Both the position numbers and the translations under genes were made by a program. From positions 62,001 to 126,000 of the IMG/VR virus record IMGVR_UViG_3300024308_000016: a stretch of 64,000 bases of DNA; one strand, written 5' to 3'. Each line of letters opens with the position of its first letter. The stretch's first letter is position 1. The notes below the pieces were generated by a model. The model searched no databases. It was not told the DNA's origin and was given only the letters and a program-made list of their open reading frames with translations. Below are positions 9,796 through 19,654 of this stretch, one piece after another.

Positions 9796-11571
9796 ATGCA
9801 AGAAGCAACTATCGATTTGTCTGCAGTCAAGTCCGGCATCACAGCCGATGAAGTCTACGAACGCCTGCGCGCCGGTATCCGCGGCGCCTTCACCATGCTG
9901 GTGGAAAACAACCGCCCCCTGGTGATGGAACCCCAGATGCTGGCCAGCTACGATGACCTGCTGGACGCGCTGGTGGATCTGGGCGCTGACCGGCAGTACT
10001 ACGAGTGCCAGCAATGCCGCTCGTTCTGGAACTACTACAGCCGCGTCTATGGCGTCAATCCCGACTCCACGCTGACCAGCCCCGTGTACATGGTGCTGCA
10101 AAGCCTGTACGCCGAACACGGCGTGATGGTTCCTCTGCGCCATGAACCCAAGAAGACCATGAGCCGCGCCACCGTGCCGCTGCACAAGCTCAAGTACACG
10201 TTCACCACCTCGGAAGCCGGTGGCTTCACCCACTTCCACGGATGCGACCAGCAAGCCGCCAAGACCTGGACCGAAGCGCGCAAGCCCTTCGTGGACAAGA
10301 AGTTCATCGAAGCGTTCATCATCCGCATGCGTGGCGGCGTGCACTACACGGCGACCAACATCGCCATGCTGCATGCCGAACTCAAGGACAAGGTGCGTCT
10401 GCCCAAAGCCATCGGGCTGCTGACGCCCTACGCCGATCTGCTCAAGACCATCGCGGACATCAAGCCCACCAGCTTGACCACGTTCTTGCAGATCATGCTG
10501 ATGGAAGAAGCCAACAGCTGGATCTACCACCTCGATGGCTCCACTGCCGGCATGGTGCTCGACGAGCTGCGCACAGCGGGCGCCAACGATCTGACACCCC
10601 AGTGGATCGACCGCCTGCTGGGCAAAGTCAATGCGGCGCTGGATGGCGACCAGTACAAAAAGCGCACAGCCCCCACTTCGGTGTCGGCCGTGCAGCAAGC
10701 TACTGCATTCCTCAAGGACGGTGGCTGGGAGAAGGTGATCGAGCGCCGCTATGTGGGCATCGACGAAGTCGAGGGTGTGTGGGCCAAGTCCGATGTGGCC
10801 GTGGCCGAGCAAGTGGTCGAGCAAGTCGACACGCGCAGCGCGCTGGAGAAGGCGGCGGACGAGTTCGTCAACAAGAACTCCAAGCAAGATCAGTCGAGCT
10901 CCCTGGCTGCGGCCATCAGCGCCCGTCGTGAAAACACCCGTTCCATCCAGAGCGTGTCGCTGGCGGCGCTGATCAACATCCTGTCCAAGGACGACTCCAT
11001 CGCCCAGCTCAAGCTCAACATCAACCATCCGTCCGGCCACATCTATTCACTGGTCACCGATGCCATCGACGACACCGTCGACTACTCGGGCCTGCTGAAG
11101 ATCGAAAACCCGGCAACTCCCAACCTGCCGTGGTCCACCTACATTGTCTCCACCTCCCGCGTGACGGGGCAAGACGTGCGATCGGTGATCCGCGCGGAGA
11201 TGGCTCGCGAAGCTAGCGAGACCAACCACCGCGCCACACTGCCGGAGATCCCCGTCTACTTCGATGTCAAGAAGGTAACGGCCATCTTGCGCAATGACGG
11301 CAAGAGCACGCCTGCCCTGATGGCGCTGCTGGAGGAAAACCGCTACCTGCGCACCATGTTCGGCAATGCTGGCACTCTGCTGCTGGGCTCCATGATCGAA
11401 AACCAGCACTATGGCTATAGCCGCGCCATTTGTCAGCTGTCGGAGAAGATCCCGATGGCCAACACAGAAGTGGCAAGTGCTGGTGGTCTGATCATCGACG
11501 TGGGCTCGCAGCTCGACGCCGTCTACAAGGACGGCCGTCGCGTGCAGTACACGATCACTGCTGTGGAGTGA
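9796..11571 (+). CDS. large hypothetical protein with CxxC motif
   Basis: 591 aa ORF with strong codon bias; RQYYECQQCRSF, FTHFHG and ERRY motifs. Confidence 0.8.
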   Translation: MQEATIDLSAVKSGITADEVYERLRAGIRGAFTMLVENNRPLVMEPQMLASYDDLLDALVDLGADRQYYECQQCRSFWNYYSRVYGVNPDSTLTSPVYMVLQSLYAEHGVMVPLRHEPKKTMSRATVPLHKLKYTFTTSEAGGFTHFHGCDQQAAKTWTEARKPFVDKKFIEAFIIRMRGGVHYTATNIAMLHAELKDKVRLPKAIGLLTPYADLLKTIADIKPTSLTTFLQIMLMEEANSWIYHLDGSTAGMVLDELRTAGANDLTPQWIDRLLGKVNAALDGDQYKKRTAPTSVSAVQQATAFLKDGGWEKVIERRYVGIDEVEGVWAKSDVAVAEQVVEQVDTRSALEKAADEFVNKNSKQDQSSSLAAAISARRENTRSIQSVSLAALINILSKDDSIAQLKLNINHPSGHIYSLVTDAIDDTVDYSGLLKIENPATPNLPWSTYIVSTSRVTGQDVRSVIRAEMAREASETNHRATLPEIPVYFDVKKVTAILRNDGKSTPALMALLEENRYLRTMFGNAGTLLLGSMIENQHYGYSRAICQLSEKIPMANTEVASAGGLIIDVGSQLDAVYKDGRRVQYTITAVE

Positions 11572-11589
11572 TCTTCATCTGAGTTGATG

Positions 11590-11640
11590 CCGGGAGCCCT
11601 TCGGGGCTTCCGGTGTCGTGCTTGTCTCCTTTTTTGTTTT
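11590..11640 (+). terminator. intrinsic terminator
   Basis: CCGGGAGCCC-TTCG-GGGCTTCCGG followed by a T-rich run. Confidence 0.65.
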
Positions 11641-11661
11641 CTCTAATAGAAAGCCTGCATC

Positions 11662-12015
11662 ATGCCGCATATGACTGTTCGTTTCGGAGCCATTGTCCCT
11701 GTACCCGAGGGCGCCAATCCCGTAGAGGTGACTAACAAAGCCACCTTGGCTCTCCGCACCACCATCGTGGGGCACCTTAGAAGTCTGAACAATCCATTGA
11801 CCATGCAGATAGGCCGCAGGTTCGATCCAAGTATTCCAGGCATCTACTTGTCCTTTCTGAGTCTGCAGCACTCCATTGATCGGGTGTCTATCAACGCGCT
11901 GGCCAAGTCCCTGGGGACGTCGGCCATGGTGGCGCATATGCCTGATCTCGATGACTACCTCGTGGCCAGAGGCTCTGATAAGAGTCAGCTGGCATACATA
12001 TTGAAATCGCTATGA
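11662..12015 (+). CDS. hypothetical protein
   Basis: AATAGAAAG at 11645. Confidence 0.7.
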   Translation: MPHMTVRFGAIVPVPEGANPVEVTNKATLALRTTIVGHLRSLNNPLTMQIGRRFDPSIPGIYLSFLSLQHSIDRVSINALAKSLGTSAMVAHMPDLDDYLVARGSDKSQLAYILKSL

Positions 12016-12413
12016 TCAACGTCCAAGAAGATCCAGTCCACTTCCTCAAAGGGCTGGCCAACGCCGCATCCGTCAAAGGTGTGGTCCATTACACCAGCGC
12101 CCCGGACAACGAAGTGCTCGTACGCAAGGGAGGCTTTGCACTGTTCAGTGACTATGGCCCTCTCATCGAGTGCAATGAATACCCAGTGGAGCCGCCTACA
12201 GTGGTGTTCATCCGGGAAAATGAGCCCCACTCCTTGTATGGGATCGAAGTGCGTGAAGATGGCTCTATCCATCTGACGGTGCGCTCGTATGGTCTGATGG
12301 TATACCCGGCATCGTTTGATCAGTACGAGCAGATCTTCAACCAATGCAATTCCAAGAAACGCACCAAGATCGAACACATCGCAGCTTTCGAAGCCCCGAT
12401 ACTTTACAAGTAA
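12012..12413 (+). CDS. hypothetical protein
   Basis: ATGA coupling with upstream gene. Confidence 0.7.
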   Translation: MINVQEDPVHFLKGLANAASVKGVVHYTSAPDNEVLVRKGGFALFSDYGPLIECNEYPVEPPTVVFIRENEPHSLYGIEVREDGSIHLTVRSYGLMVYPASFDQYEQIFNQCNSKKRTKIEHIAAFEAPILYK

Positions 12414-12416
12414 CTC

Positions 12417-12462
12417 CACTGGTCCAGCTTCGGCTGGACCAGTGAGTGCCCCTTTCTTTTTT
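12417..12462 (+). terminator. intrinsic terminator
   Basis: CACTGGTCCAGC-TTCG-GCTGGACCAGTG plus T tract. Confidence 0.75.
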
Positions 12463-12587
12463 GTTCTTGATTTCTGGAACTGATCCTATGGCATTCTCGT
12501 AGCCATCTCCTGAAGTTCGGGAGATCTTTATGGAGGGCTCAGTTTTCTTTCTGAGCCTGCCTGCTTCTCAAACTTTCGAGGAAGAAC

Positions 12588-13046
12588 ATGCAGATTTTCA
12601 AAGTCAATGCACTGCCGTCGACTCTCGTGGCCGATGCACTGTACATCGTCAAGTCCGGCACCACCAATGCCCGTATCTACGTCGCCAACCATGATGGCAC
12701 AGGCAAGCTGGACATCACCTCCGATGTCTCCACTGCCTTCCCGCGCTATGACCTGAGCGTGGGCGCCACCACTGGCGCGATGGATCTGGCCGTCTCCCAG
12801 GTCTACACCATCGCCAACACCGCAGGCTCGGGTGTGCATCAGCTGTCGCTGACCAACGCTCCCACGGGCCGCGCTATGTGCGTGGTCGTGAAGGTCAACG
12901 GCAATGGTGGCTCCATCGCCTTCCCTTCTGGCGCCAAGGTGGCCGATGGCGTCGACACGGAACTGGGCACCACGAGCACGATCTTCGTGCTGCTGGTGAT
13001 CGGCACCGACGTCACTGTCACTTCCAACCTGCGCATCAACAACTGA
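12588..13046 (+). CDS. putative virion/tail-associated small beta protein
   Basis: GAGGA upstream; G/T/S-rich beta-strand composition; precedes a DUF4376-like gene. Confidence 0.55.
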   Translation: MQIFKVNALPSTLVADALYIVKSGTTNARIYVANHDGTGKLDITSDVSTAFPRYDLSVGATTGAMDLAVSQVYTIANTAGSGVHQLSLTNAPTGRAMCVVVKVNGNGGSIAFPSGAKVADGVDTELGTTSTIFVLLVIGTDVTVTSNLRINN

Positions 13047-13083
13047 TCCGCGGCTGACCCCCTCATCTCAAGGAGAATACCCT

Positions 13084-13776
13084 ATGACGCAAGAAAGCGC
13101 AGCAGCTGACGTGATGGTGACCGCGGAAACCCGCCTGATCCATGTCCCCACTCAGGCTTATCCGGTCACGCTGGCCACGGTCAAACTGCCGGTGCTCGTC
13201 AGTTTCGGCAAGGAAGTACCCCTGTCGTACCTGAAGGAGCAAGGCGGCTATGACATCGTGCACCTGGCCGCCGCACCCATGGGTGATGTGGTCACCGAGA
13301 CCCAGCCAGCCATGGACTCCGAAGGCCGCTGGACTCAGCAGTACCATGTACGCGACTTCGATGCCAACGAACTCAAGGATCGCCTGGACGCAGCCAAGGT
13401 CGTGGCCGATTCGGTGCGCCTGAACGAGCAAAACGAGATCCTGGCCAAGGGCGCCGAATTTGACTTCGGCGGCGAGCATGGTGTGCAACACGCGCAGATG
13501 CGCTCCATGGACCGCGTCAATGTCTCGGGTCTGGCCATCAAGGTGCTTCGCAACCCCGAACACACCGACGTGTTTTGCACCTTCGAAAACAAGGTCATCC
13601 CTGTGGACGCAGCTGCCATCACGGCGCTGAGCGACCGCGTGCTGGCCGCCTATACCCGCGTCATGGCCGAAAGCTGGACGCTGCGTGAGCTGATCGAGTC
13701 CGCCACCAAGGTCAGCGACATCCCCACTGCTGCCGACATCAAGGCGATCTTCACCGATGCTGTCAAGCTGAGCTAA
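13084..13776 (+). CDS. DUF4376-like tail fibre assembly-associated protein
   Basis: AAGGAG upstream; QQYHVRD...RNEILAKGAEFDF...DRVNVSGL pattern typical of fibre chaperones. Confidence 0.55.
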   Translation: MTQESAAADVMVTAETRLIHVPTQAYPVTLATVKLPVLVSFGKEVPLSYLKEQGGYDIVHLAAAPMGDVVTETQPAMDSEGRWTQQYHVRDFDANELKDRLDAAKVVADSVRLNEQNEILAKGAEFDFGGEHGVQHAQMRSMDRVNVSGLAIKVLRNPEHTDVFCTFENKVIPVDAAAITALSDRVLAAYTRVMAESWTLRELIESATKVSDIPTAADIKAIFTDAVKLS

Positions 13777-13787
13777 TCAGTGTGCAT

Positions 13788-13832
13788 CATACCCCACCAT
13801 CCCGGCCTTGCGGCCGGGATGGTGGGAGTATG
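13788..13832. terminator. long hairpin between convergent genes
   Basis: CCCACCATCCCGGCC-TTGC-GGCCGGGATGGTGGG, 15 bp stem. Confidence 0.75.
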
Positions 13833-13837
13833 TCGAC

Positions 13838-14986
13838 TTATGTACCGTACAGGACTTCGTGATTGACAAAATCACCAATAAACCAATTGTCAGTGGTCCG
13901 GGCCAAAGACAGCGCCCTGTATGCGTCTGGTCGACCGCGTACTTGCGTCCACTTACGTGTAGCAGTCCAGTCGGGGTTGAAGTCATAGCGCAACAGGTAG
14001 CCAGTAGTAGCGCCTGAGACATACGCCGCGATCAACATGTACGACTTATCCGCCGACATCCTGATACCGCCGCCGAAATAGCGAATCTCTCCAACGTCAG
14101 AAGGAGGTAAGATGGTTGCTTTATGTTCGAAGACATCGATGCCGTCGAACACATAAACATAAATTCCACCCGTATAGTTGGACCCGCCGTTTGTCTGGGT
14201 AGGGGCGCCTACCAGGATAACGGTACCGTCATCAGACACCTCAACAGCTGACCCAAAGTTCGACCCCGCTACAACGTTTGGCATTGTCAGCCACCCCACC
14301 AAATGCCAATCCGGATATCCTCGGAAGACTCCGATTCGATTTTGAGACGGCACACCAACGACCATTGTAGAGAGATTGCGGCTGATCTGAATGATGTTCG
14401 CAGATCCAACTGTGCCAGACAGATCAATCCGATTGAACGCAGTCCAGGAGCTGCCTAGATAAGTGAACGTATGGATGCGGCCATTGTTGGAGTTCTCCCC
14501 CGGTGCCAAAACAGCCATGTACGTGCCATCGGGGCTCAGGGCTACAGAGTTACCGAAATAGCCGTTATTGACCGGCGACGGGGAAACGGTCCTGAATTTA
14601 CTCCATGAGCCGTCACCATTTAGCGTGTACGTCATCACGAAGCCCTGGTTACCGTCGTTGTTGTAGCTTGCTCCCCCGGACACAAAGAACGTACAGTCGC
14701 TATTGCTGGCAAACGTCTTCAAGTTACCACTGTTGGCCGCAGTTGAGGAATCGGTCATCACTGACTCCTGAACCATCAGACCATTTTGAGTCTTGAATGT
14801 GTAGATAGACGCCAGAGCCTGGGTGTCGTAGGGCGCACAAAACGCAGCTCGCTGCCCATCCGCCGAGATCAGTGTCTGAGCGGGGAAGAACTGGTAGGTG
14901 CGCTTCGGGTTGAGTGCCGGTACATTGATGATCCGACCTGTTGCACCGGATTCAGCTTTGGCTGCACCTGTGAGAAGTTCCAGCAT
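13838..14986 (-). CDS. FG-GAP-like beta-propeller virion/adhesin protein
   Basis: Starts MLELLTG; repeats FGNSVALSPDG..AVLAPGE, FGSAVEVSDDG..LVGAP, FGGGIRMSAD. Confidence 0.75.
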   Translation of the reverse strand: MLELLTGAAKAESGATGRIINVPALNPKRTYQFFPAQTLISADGQRAAFCAPYDTQALASIYTFKTQNGLMVQESVMTDSSTAANSGNLKTFASNSDCTFFVSGGASYNNDGNQGFVMTYTLNGDGSWSKFRTVSPSPVNNGYFGNSVALSPDGTYMAVLAPGENSNNGRIHTFTYLGSSWTAFNRIDLSGTVGSANIIQISRNLSTMVVGVPSQNRIGVFRGYPDWHLVGWLTMPNVVAGSNFGSAVEVSDDGTVILVGAPTQTNGGSNYTGGIYVYVFDGIDVFEHKATILPPSDVGEIRYFGGGIRMSADKSYMLIAAYVSGATTGYLLRYDFNPDWTATRKWTQVRGRPDAYRALSLARTTDNWFIGDFVNHEVLYGT

Positions 14987-14993
14987 AGTTGCC

Positions 14994-15758
14994 TCATGTC
15001 GGAAGGTTGGGGACCTCATTAGGAGGTACGAACTGCAGAATTGGCAACCACAGGCACTCCTTGCTGGAGCCGCCGATCAAGTACCGACCACGACTGCCAT
15101 TGGCCGCGGAGACGACCACCGTGATCATCTGGTTGGAATCATGGGAGGGGTGTTGGCAAAACACTTCCGGATTGCGGCCTGCGTAGGCGGGCTCGAAGTC
15201 ACTCAGCGGCAGCTTCCAGGCATTGGCGTATTCGCTGGCTGGGAAATAGGGTCGGTAAATCAGATCGAGAACTTCCCCGTTTTTGACGGGATCATTGCCG
15301 GTGTACTGGATGAACTTGACACCATCTTGATCCAGCAAGTTACGGGCAAACACCGTAGAGCCGTCACTGGTGGTGAACGTTTGATTCATGGTGTATGCGG
15401 TTTTTCCGATCATCGGGAACCTGGGGATCTCCGATGACGGCAGCAGCGCGTTGTAGTACACCTTGGTGTCGAAGTTCCATGCGAACAGTGTCCGACCAAT
15501 GGGGAACTGCGGCACATAGAGCACCTTACCTTTGCGGATAAACTTGCCCCACATATTGGTCGCTGGTGCGTCAGTGAAGTCGCGCTTATTCGAAGGCAGC
15601 AAAGCAGCCAGCTTCGAGCCCATGCCCAACACGGAGTCAGGTACACGGCCAAAGTAGCCATAGTCTTCAGTGCCCAGAGTGAGTACCTTGGTGCCGGGAC
15701 CCGACCAGGGGATTGTGCCGGGGGCTGGCGAGGACTCACGGGTGATTAGTTCAAGCAT
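14994..15758 (-). CDS. virion tail/fibre paralog, gene C type, short
   Basis: Starts MLELITR; WSGPGTKVLTLGTEDYGYFGRV signature. Confidence 0.75.
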   Translation of the reverse strand: MLELITRESSPAPGTIPWSGPGTKVLTLGTEDYGYFGRVPDSVLGMGSKLAALLPSNKRDFTDAPATNMWGKFIRKGKVLYVPQFPIGRTLFAWNFDTKVYYNALLPSSEIPRFPMIGKTAYTMNQTFTTSDGSTVFARNLLDQDGVKFIQYTGNDPVKNGEVLDLIYRPYFPASEYANAWKLPLSDFEPAYAGRNPEVFCQHPSHDSNQMITVVVSAANGSRGRYLIGGSSKECLWLPILQFVPPNEVPNLPT

Positions 15759-15818
15759 AATGTTTCTCCTATCAATTTATCTCTGATCCCTGGGCTATCC
15801 TGCCCAGGGATCAGAGCT

Positions 15819-16697
15819 TTACGCAGGCCCGATGTATTTCAGAGCGATAAGGACGTAGACAGCCGAGACCGTCCCCGTGGGTTCATTGAACGTCAGCGTG
15901 GTGCCGGTGTTGTCGATGTTCACTACTTTGCCTTGCTCATTCAAGGCCACGAATGTCGATGTGCGCGACACCGAAGAAGCCGTGTATTGAATAGGCGTGG
16001 TTGCAGGTGGGTTGATCAGCCAGCTATTGCCGATACTGCGTGCCATTGGCTCTGTGATGGCCACAGCCTTGTACTTGTAGCCACCGAACGTGTAGACGTT
16101 AGCCGTGGTGGCTGGGTTGTTCAAGTAAGAGGTCAGAGCCCAGACATTGGTGAGTACATCAGCGGCGGCCATGGATGTATTGCCCACACGGAAGATGTTC
16201 TCCAGATCCCAGGGGATCAGGTAGATCTGGCCTTCGATCACCACAGGCTCCCAAGTCGCAGCAGCTCCATTGGGTGATGGGCTATCGGCTACATTGCAGC
16301 CTGTGGTCACCAGAGCTGGCCAGTTGGTGACCAACGCTTGTGTAGGCTGAGCAGGAGCCGGCAGCATCACACCAACTTGTCCGCATCCGCGCGTGGTGAT
16401 CTTACGCGTGGAGGAGAACGCCGCAGGCATCCCCGGGAAGAAGGGACCGAAGTCCTCGATGTACATGTAGCTGAACGCCTGCAGCGGGATGAAGAACTCC
16501 CCTCCCGCATGCTTGTACTCTACACGGTACCACCACAAGCCTGGGTAGATGACAGACTCATCTGTGTAGGTATCGACATATGCGCCGGTGTATACGGGGG
16601 AGCCCTTGCCAAGATCGGCCCGTGTATCAGCGCGCCAGATACGGATGCTGGTGTCCTGGGTTGCTCCAGGGATATTGAGTTTGAAGCTCGGTTTCAT
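15819..16697 (-). CDS. virion tail/fibre protein, cassette 2 gene E
   Basis: Starts MKP; FGPF motif; ends LKYIGPA versus YEYVGPA in 1778-2680. Confidence 0.7.
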   Translation of the reverse strand: MKPSFKLNIPGATQDTSIRIWRADTRADLGKGSPVYTGAYVDTYTDESVIYPGLWWYRVEYKHAGGEFFIPLQAFSYMYIEDFGPFFPGMPAAFSSTRKITTRGCGQVGVMLPAPAQPTQALVTNWPALVTTGCNVADSPSPNGAAATWEPVVIEGQIYLIPWDLENIFRVGNTSMAAADVLTNVWALTSYLNNPATTANVYTFGGYKYKAVAITEPMARSIGNSWLINPPATTPIQYTASSVSRTSTFVALNEQGKVVNIDNTGTTLTFNEPTGTVSAVYVLIALKYIGPA

Positions 16698-16703
16698 ATT
16701 CAG

Positions 16704-17591
16704 TTACTCCTGAAACAGTTCCATGATCGGGATGAAGGAGTTGTTGGCCGAAGTCAACCCCACTGTGACGATCCCCAGTCCCACCGCAGATGCGTTGGGC
16801 ACTGTGGCCCACCCGAGCATGGCCGAACGATTGGCCGCTCCATAATCCGATGTGATGGTCGGTACACTGGAGGCAAAAGTGCTGTGCGCAAACCGGAAAG
16901 GAGCTGCGGAAGAGCGAGCCAAAGCACGCACCATGATCCGGTACAGGTCCAGAAATTCGGACTGGCCGAATGGCATGCCGTCAGCGAAATTCAGGCTGTA
17001 GCTACTGGATTCCACCAGTGTGTTGTTGTAGTCGTACAGCTTGGCGATGCGAGTATAGTACTGGCGAAAGCCGACCACACGCGTGGGAGCTGGTGCCTCC
17101 GGACCATACAAAGGAGTGATGCCGCCGCGCAGCAAGTTGGCTGCTTCCAAGGCAGTGGCGTTCTTGCCGGTATTGATCACAGGCGCACCCACATACAGGA
17201 TGCGTCCGCGATATGCGATCTTGAAGTAGCGAGAGTCAGGAGCGCTGTTGTACCAGTTAGATACGGGAAAGCCCACTTCGTAGTCATTGACCACGCCATA
17301 AAAGCCCAAGAACAAATCGCCCCACAGCAGCTCCTGAGGACCTGGGCCGGTGTCGGGCACGATGCGAACATTCAGTTCACGGGAGAAGGCGCTCTTGCCG
17401 TCAGCCTCCACCTTCAGTAGGTAGTACACCTGACCGCCCAAAGGCGCGGTGGCGTCCAGATAAGACTGCTCATTGCTAGTGAGAGTGACCAGCGGAGCTG
17501 GCAGGTTTTGCTGATCGATCGGAGAGTCGGAGCGATACAGCATCAGTGTCGAAGGGTTGTTCGGATTGACCCAGCTGACAAGTGCGGACAT
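16704..17591 (-). CDS. phiKZ gp131-like virion tail/fibre protein, cassette 2 gene D
   Basis: FN3-like N-terminus; DTGPGPQELLWGDLFLGFYGVV; clearly alignable to 2677-3576. Confidence 0.75.
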   Translation of the reverse strand: MSALVSWVNPNNPSTLMLYRSDSPIDQQNLPAPLVTLTSNEQSYLDATAPLGGQVYYLLKVEADGKSAFSRELNVRIVPDTGPGPQELLWGDLFLGFYGVVNDYEVGFPVSNWYNSAPDSRYFKIAYRGRILYVGAPVINTGKNATALEAANLLRGGITPLYGPEAPAPTRVVGFRQYYTRIAKLYDYNNTLVESSSYSLNFADGMPFGQSEFLDLYRIMVRALARSSAAPFRFAHSTFASSVPTITSDYGAANRSAMLGWATVPNASAVGLGIVTVGLTSANNSFIPIMELFQE

Positions 17592-17644
17592 GTTGTTTCC
17601 TTTTGAATGAAGAGGCTGCGCCTTCGGGCGCAGCCTGTAGGCAG

Positions 17645-19639
17645 TTATGCCACGAGTTTTGTCGGATCAAACACCGACAGCTGATTACGAGGACGATTGT
17701 CGTCGTAGGCGCCGGGTCGATTGGGGTTGGTTCCGGGACCCACCCAGATCTTACCGTCATTTTGCAGACCGCACACTCCAAGCGATTGAGGCGGGATGCC
17801 CAACGCTTTGATGCGAACGCTGTTGTCCGACAGATCCAAAATCACCGCATACGCCACCGATGGGGAAACATCGCTGAAGCCGCCGATGGCCACAACTTTG
17901 TTGTTCACCACTGTCGCTTGTCCGATGGCTTTGAAGCCATACGTCGTGGGCATTGGTAAAGTGCTCCAGGTGTTGGATGCGATATCATAGACCCGGATCA
18001 CGGTGTTCCAGGTATTGGTAGAACCTGTGGTGTTGAGGCCACCGATCAAGTACACCTTGGTAGGAGTCGCGGCCAGGGCTGCATAGTACAGTCCCATCCC
18101 AGGAGGAGCGATGACGGACCAGGTGTTGGTCGCCACATCGTACAAACCCGCTTCGTTGTAAGTCGTTCCAGACAAGTTGTAGCCGCCCACCAACATGATC
18201 TTGTTTTGCGTCGGCAAAGAGCAGACATTGGTGACCACTCGAGTGGAACCCGGAGTGGCGGCATGAGCTGTCGGTGACGAGGGGTTCGCAACAGGCCAAC
18301 TGTACATGTTTTTGGTCTGGCTGCCGGCGATGTAGCCATTCATCATGTAAAAGCGGCCGTTGTGCGTGCATCCTGAGTACCAGGTAAAGCCCGAGGGAGT
18401 TCCTGGAGCGATACGGCGCTTGGTCTTGGTGACAAAGTTGAAGACCGACATGTACGCCGGATACTTATCTTCCCCACCGCCTTGCGTTCCACCCATGCCA
18501 AACGGTGTATACATCTCATTGCCGTTGACCCATCCGGAGCAGCACTGAATCGCGGTGCCTTCATAGACAGCTTCCGGACGCACAACGTCTGGAGAAACCG
18601 GGAAAGATCGGGAGATCTGACCTGGTTCATTAAACGATTGCACGCCCGTGATCATCGGTGCCACAAAGCTCATCTGAGCGTATTCTTCGAACTTGATGAC
18701 CGGACCACGCGCAGAGCGCAGAACCGGGGAACGCAGACCTTCTACAGTCATCGTTGGTAGCACGATCGACTGATCCAAAGGAGCTCGGAAGTTGTACGGC
18801 GGAAGCATAGACTCAGCGATTCCCCAGATCACGGGCTGAGAATTCACCGCATCCGACCAACTCTCCAAATTGCTGATCGGCAGTGCGAGCTTCTTCTTGT
18901 CGTCTGTTGTCAGCAGTTGCACCACCGGAAGCCAGACCGTAGTATTGCCCATGGAGGTCTGAGCAACCTTATTCATGTCCGCATTGGTGGTATCGAGTCG
19001 AAGCACTGAACCCACTGTCGAGGAGATGATCTCTACCCCGCTAGTGTTGGCTTGTTGACCGGCAGTGACGCCGTTGATGTAGCTCGCCGGCAGCCGGATC
19101 CCCTGCGGATTAGTCCAATTGGCACCGAACACAGATACGATCAGGTTGTAGGCTTCAGATTCCGTGCTGAGCACTTCATCATAGACCACTGATGTCGCAT
19201 TGGGCTTGAGGTCGATCAGGCGCGGGAACAGCAAGTCCTTATTAGGGGCTGTATACACAGGGTTCATGTCGTACATGGGGCTGCCATCCGGCAGTGTGGC
19301 TGGGGCATCAGCCGTGCCGCGCTTCAGGCCGCTGTACGTCATCTTGGCCGCTTGCAGCTGGTTATACGTCACCAGCGCCGTCTTGAACGTTGGGATGAAA
19401 ACAACCGAGCCTTTGAAGAAGAACTTCATCCACTGATTGTCCGCGCTAGCGGAGTACAGTCGGGAAGCTTCCGGGATCTGGGCGTCATCCAACATCTTGG
19501 TGAAGAAACCCAGCTCCACTTCTGGAACCAGGCCAAAGAAGCCCAGATCCGTGTTCCCCATCCGCAGGTATTTGGTACCTGGTCCGCTGTCGGAGTAGTA
19601 CGGCAGGTGGGAAGACTGCCGCATGAAGATTTCAAACAT
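17645..19639 (-). CDS. virion tail/fibre protein with C-terminal Kelch-like propeller, cassette 2 gene C
   Basis: MFEIFMR...DSGPGTKYLRMGNTDLGFFGLV; Kelch repeats IMLVGG..YDVATNTW and VYLIGG..YDIASNTW. Confidence 0.8.
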   Translation of the reverse strand: MFEIFMRQSSHLPYYSDSGPGTKYLRMGNTDLGFFGLVPEVELGFFTKMLDDAQIPEASRLYSASADNQWMKFFFKGSVVFIPTFKTALVTYNQLQAAKMTYSGLKRGTADAPATLPDGSPMYDMNPVYTAPNKDLLFPRLIDLKPNATSVVYDEVLSTESEAYNLIVSVFGANWTNPQGIRLPASYINGVTAGQQANTSGVEIISSTVGSVLRLDTTNADMNKVAQTSMGNTTVWLPVVQLLTTDDKKKLALPISNLESWSDAVNSQPVIWGIAESMLPPYNFRAPLDQSIVLPTMTVEGLRSPVLRSARGPVIKFEEYAQMSFVAPMITGVQSFNEPGQISRSFPVSPDVVRPEAVYEGTAIQCCSGWVNGNEMYTPFGMGGTQGGGEDKYPAYMSVFNFVTKTKRRIAPGTPSGFTWYSGCTHNGRFYMMNGYIAGSQTKNMYSWPVANPSSPTAHAATPGSTRVVTNVCSLPTQNKIMLVGGYNLSGTTYNEAGLYDVATNTWSVIAPPGMGLYYAALAATPTKVYLIGGLNTTGSTNTWNTVIRVYDIASNTWSTLPMPTTYGFKAIGQATVVNNKVVAIGGFSDVSPSVAYAVILDLSDNSVRIKALGIPPQSLGVCGLQNDGKIWVGPGTNPNRPGAYDDNRPRNQLSVFDPTKLVA

Positions 19640-19654
19640 ATTGGCTCCTTTGGG

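Noticed and set aside
9793-11040. 415-aa minus ORF
   Set aside because: Antisense shadow of the strongly codon-biased gene 9796-11571; no RBS or motifs
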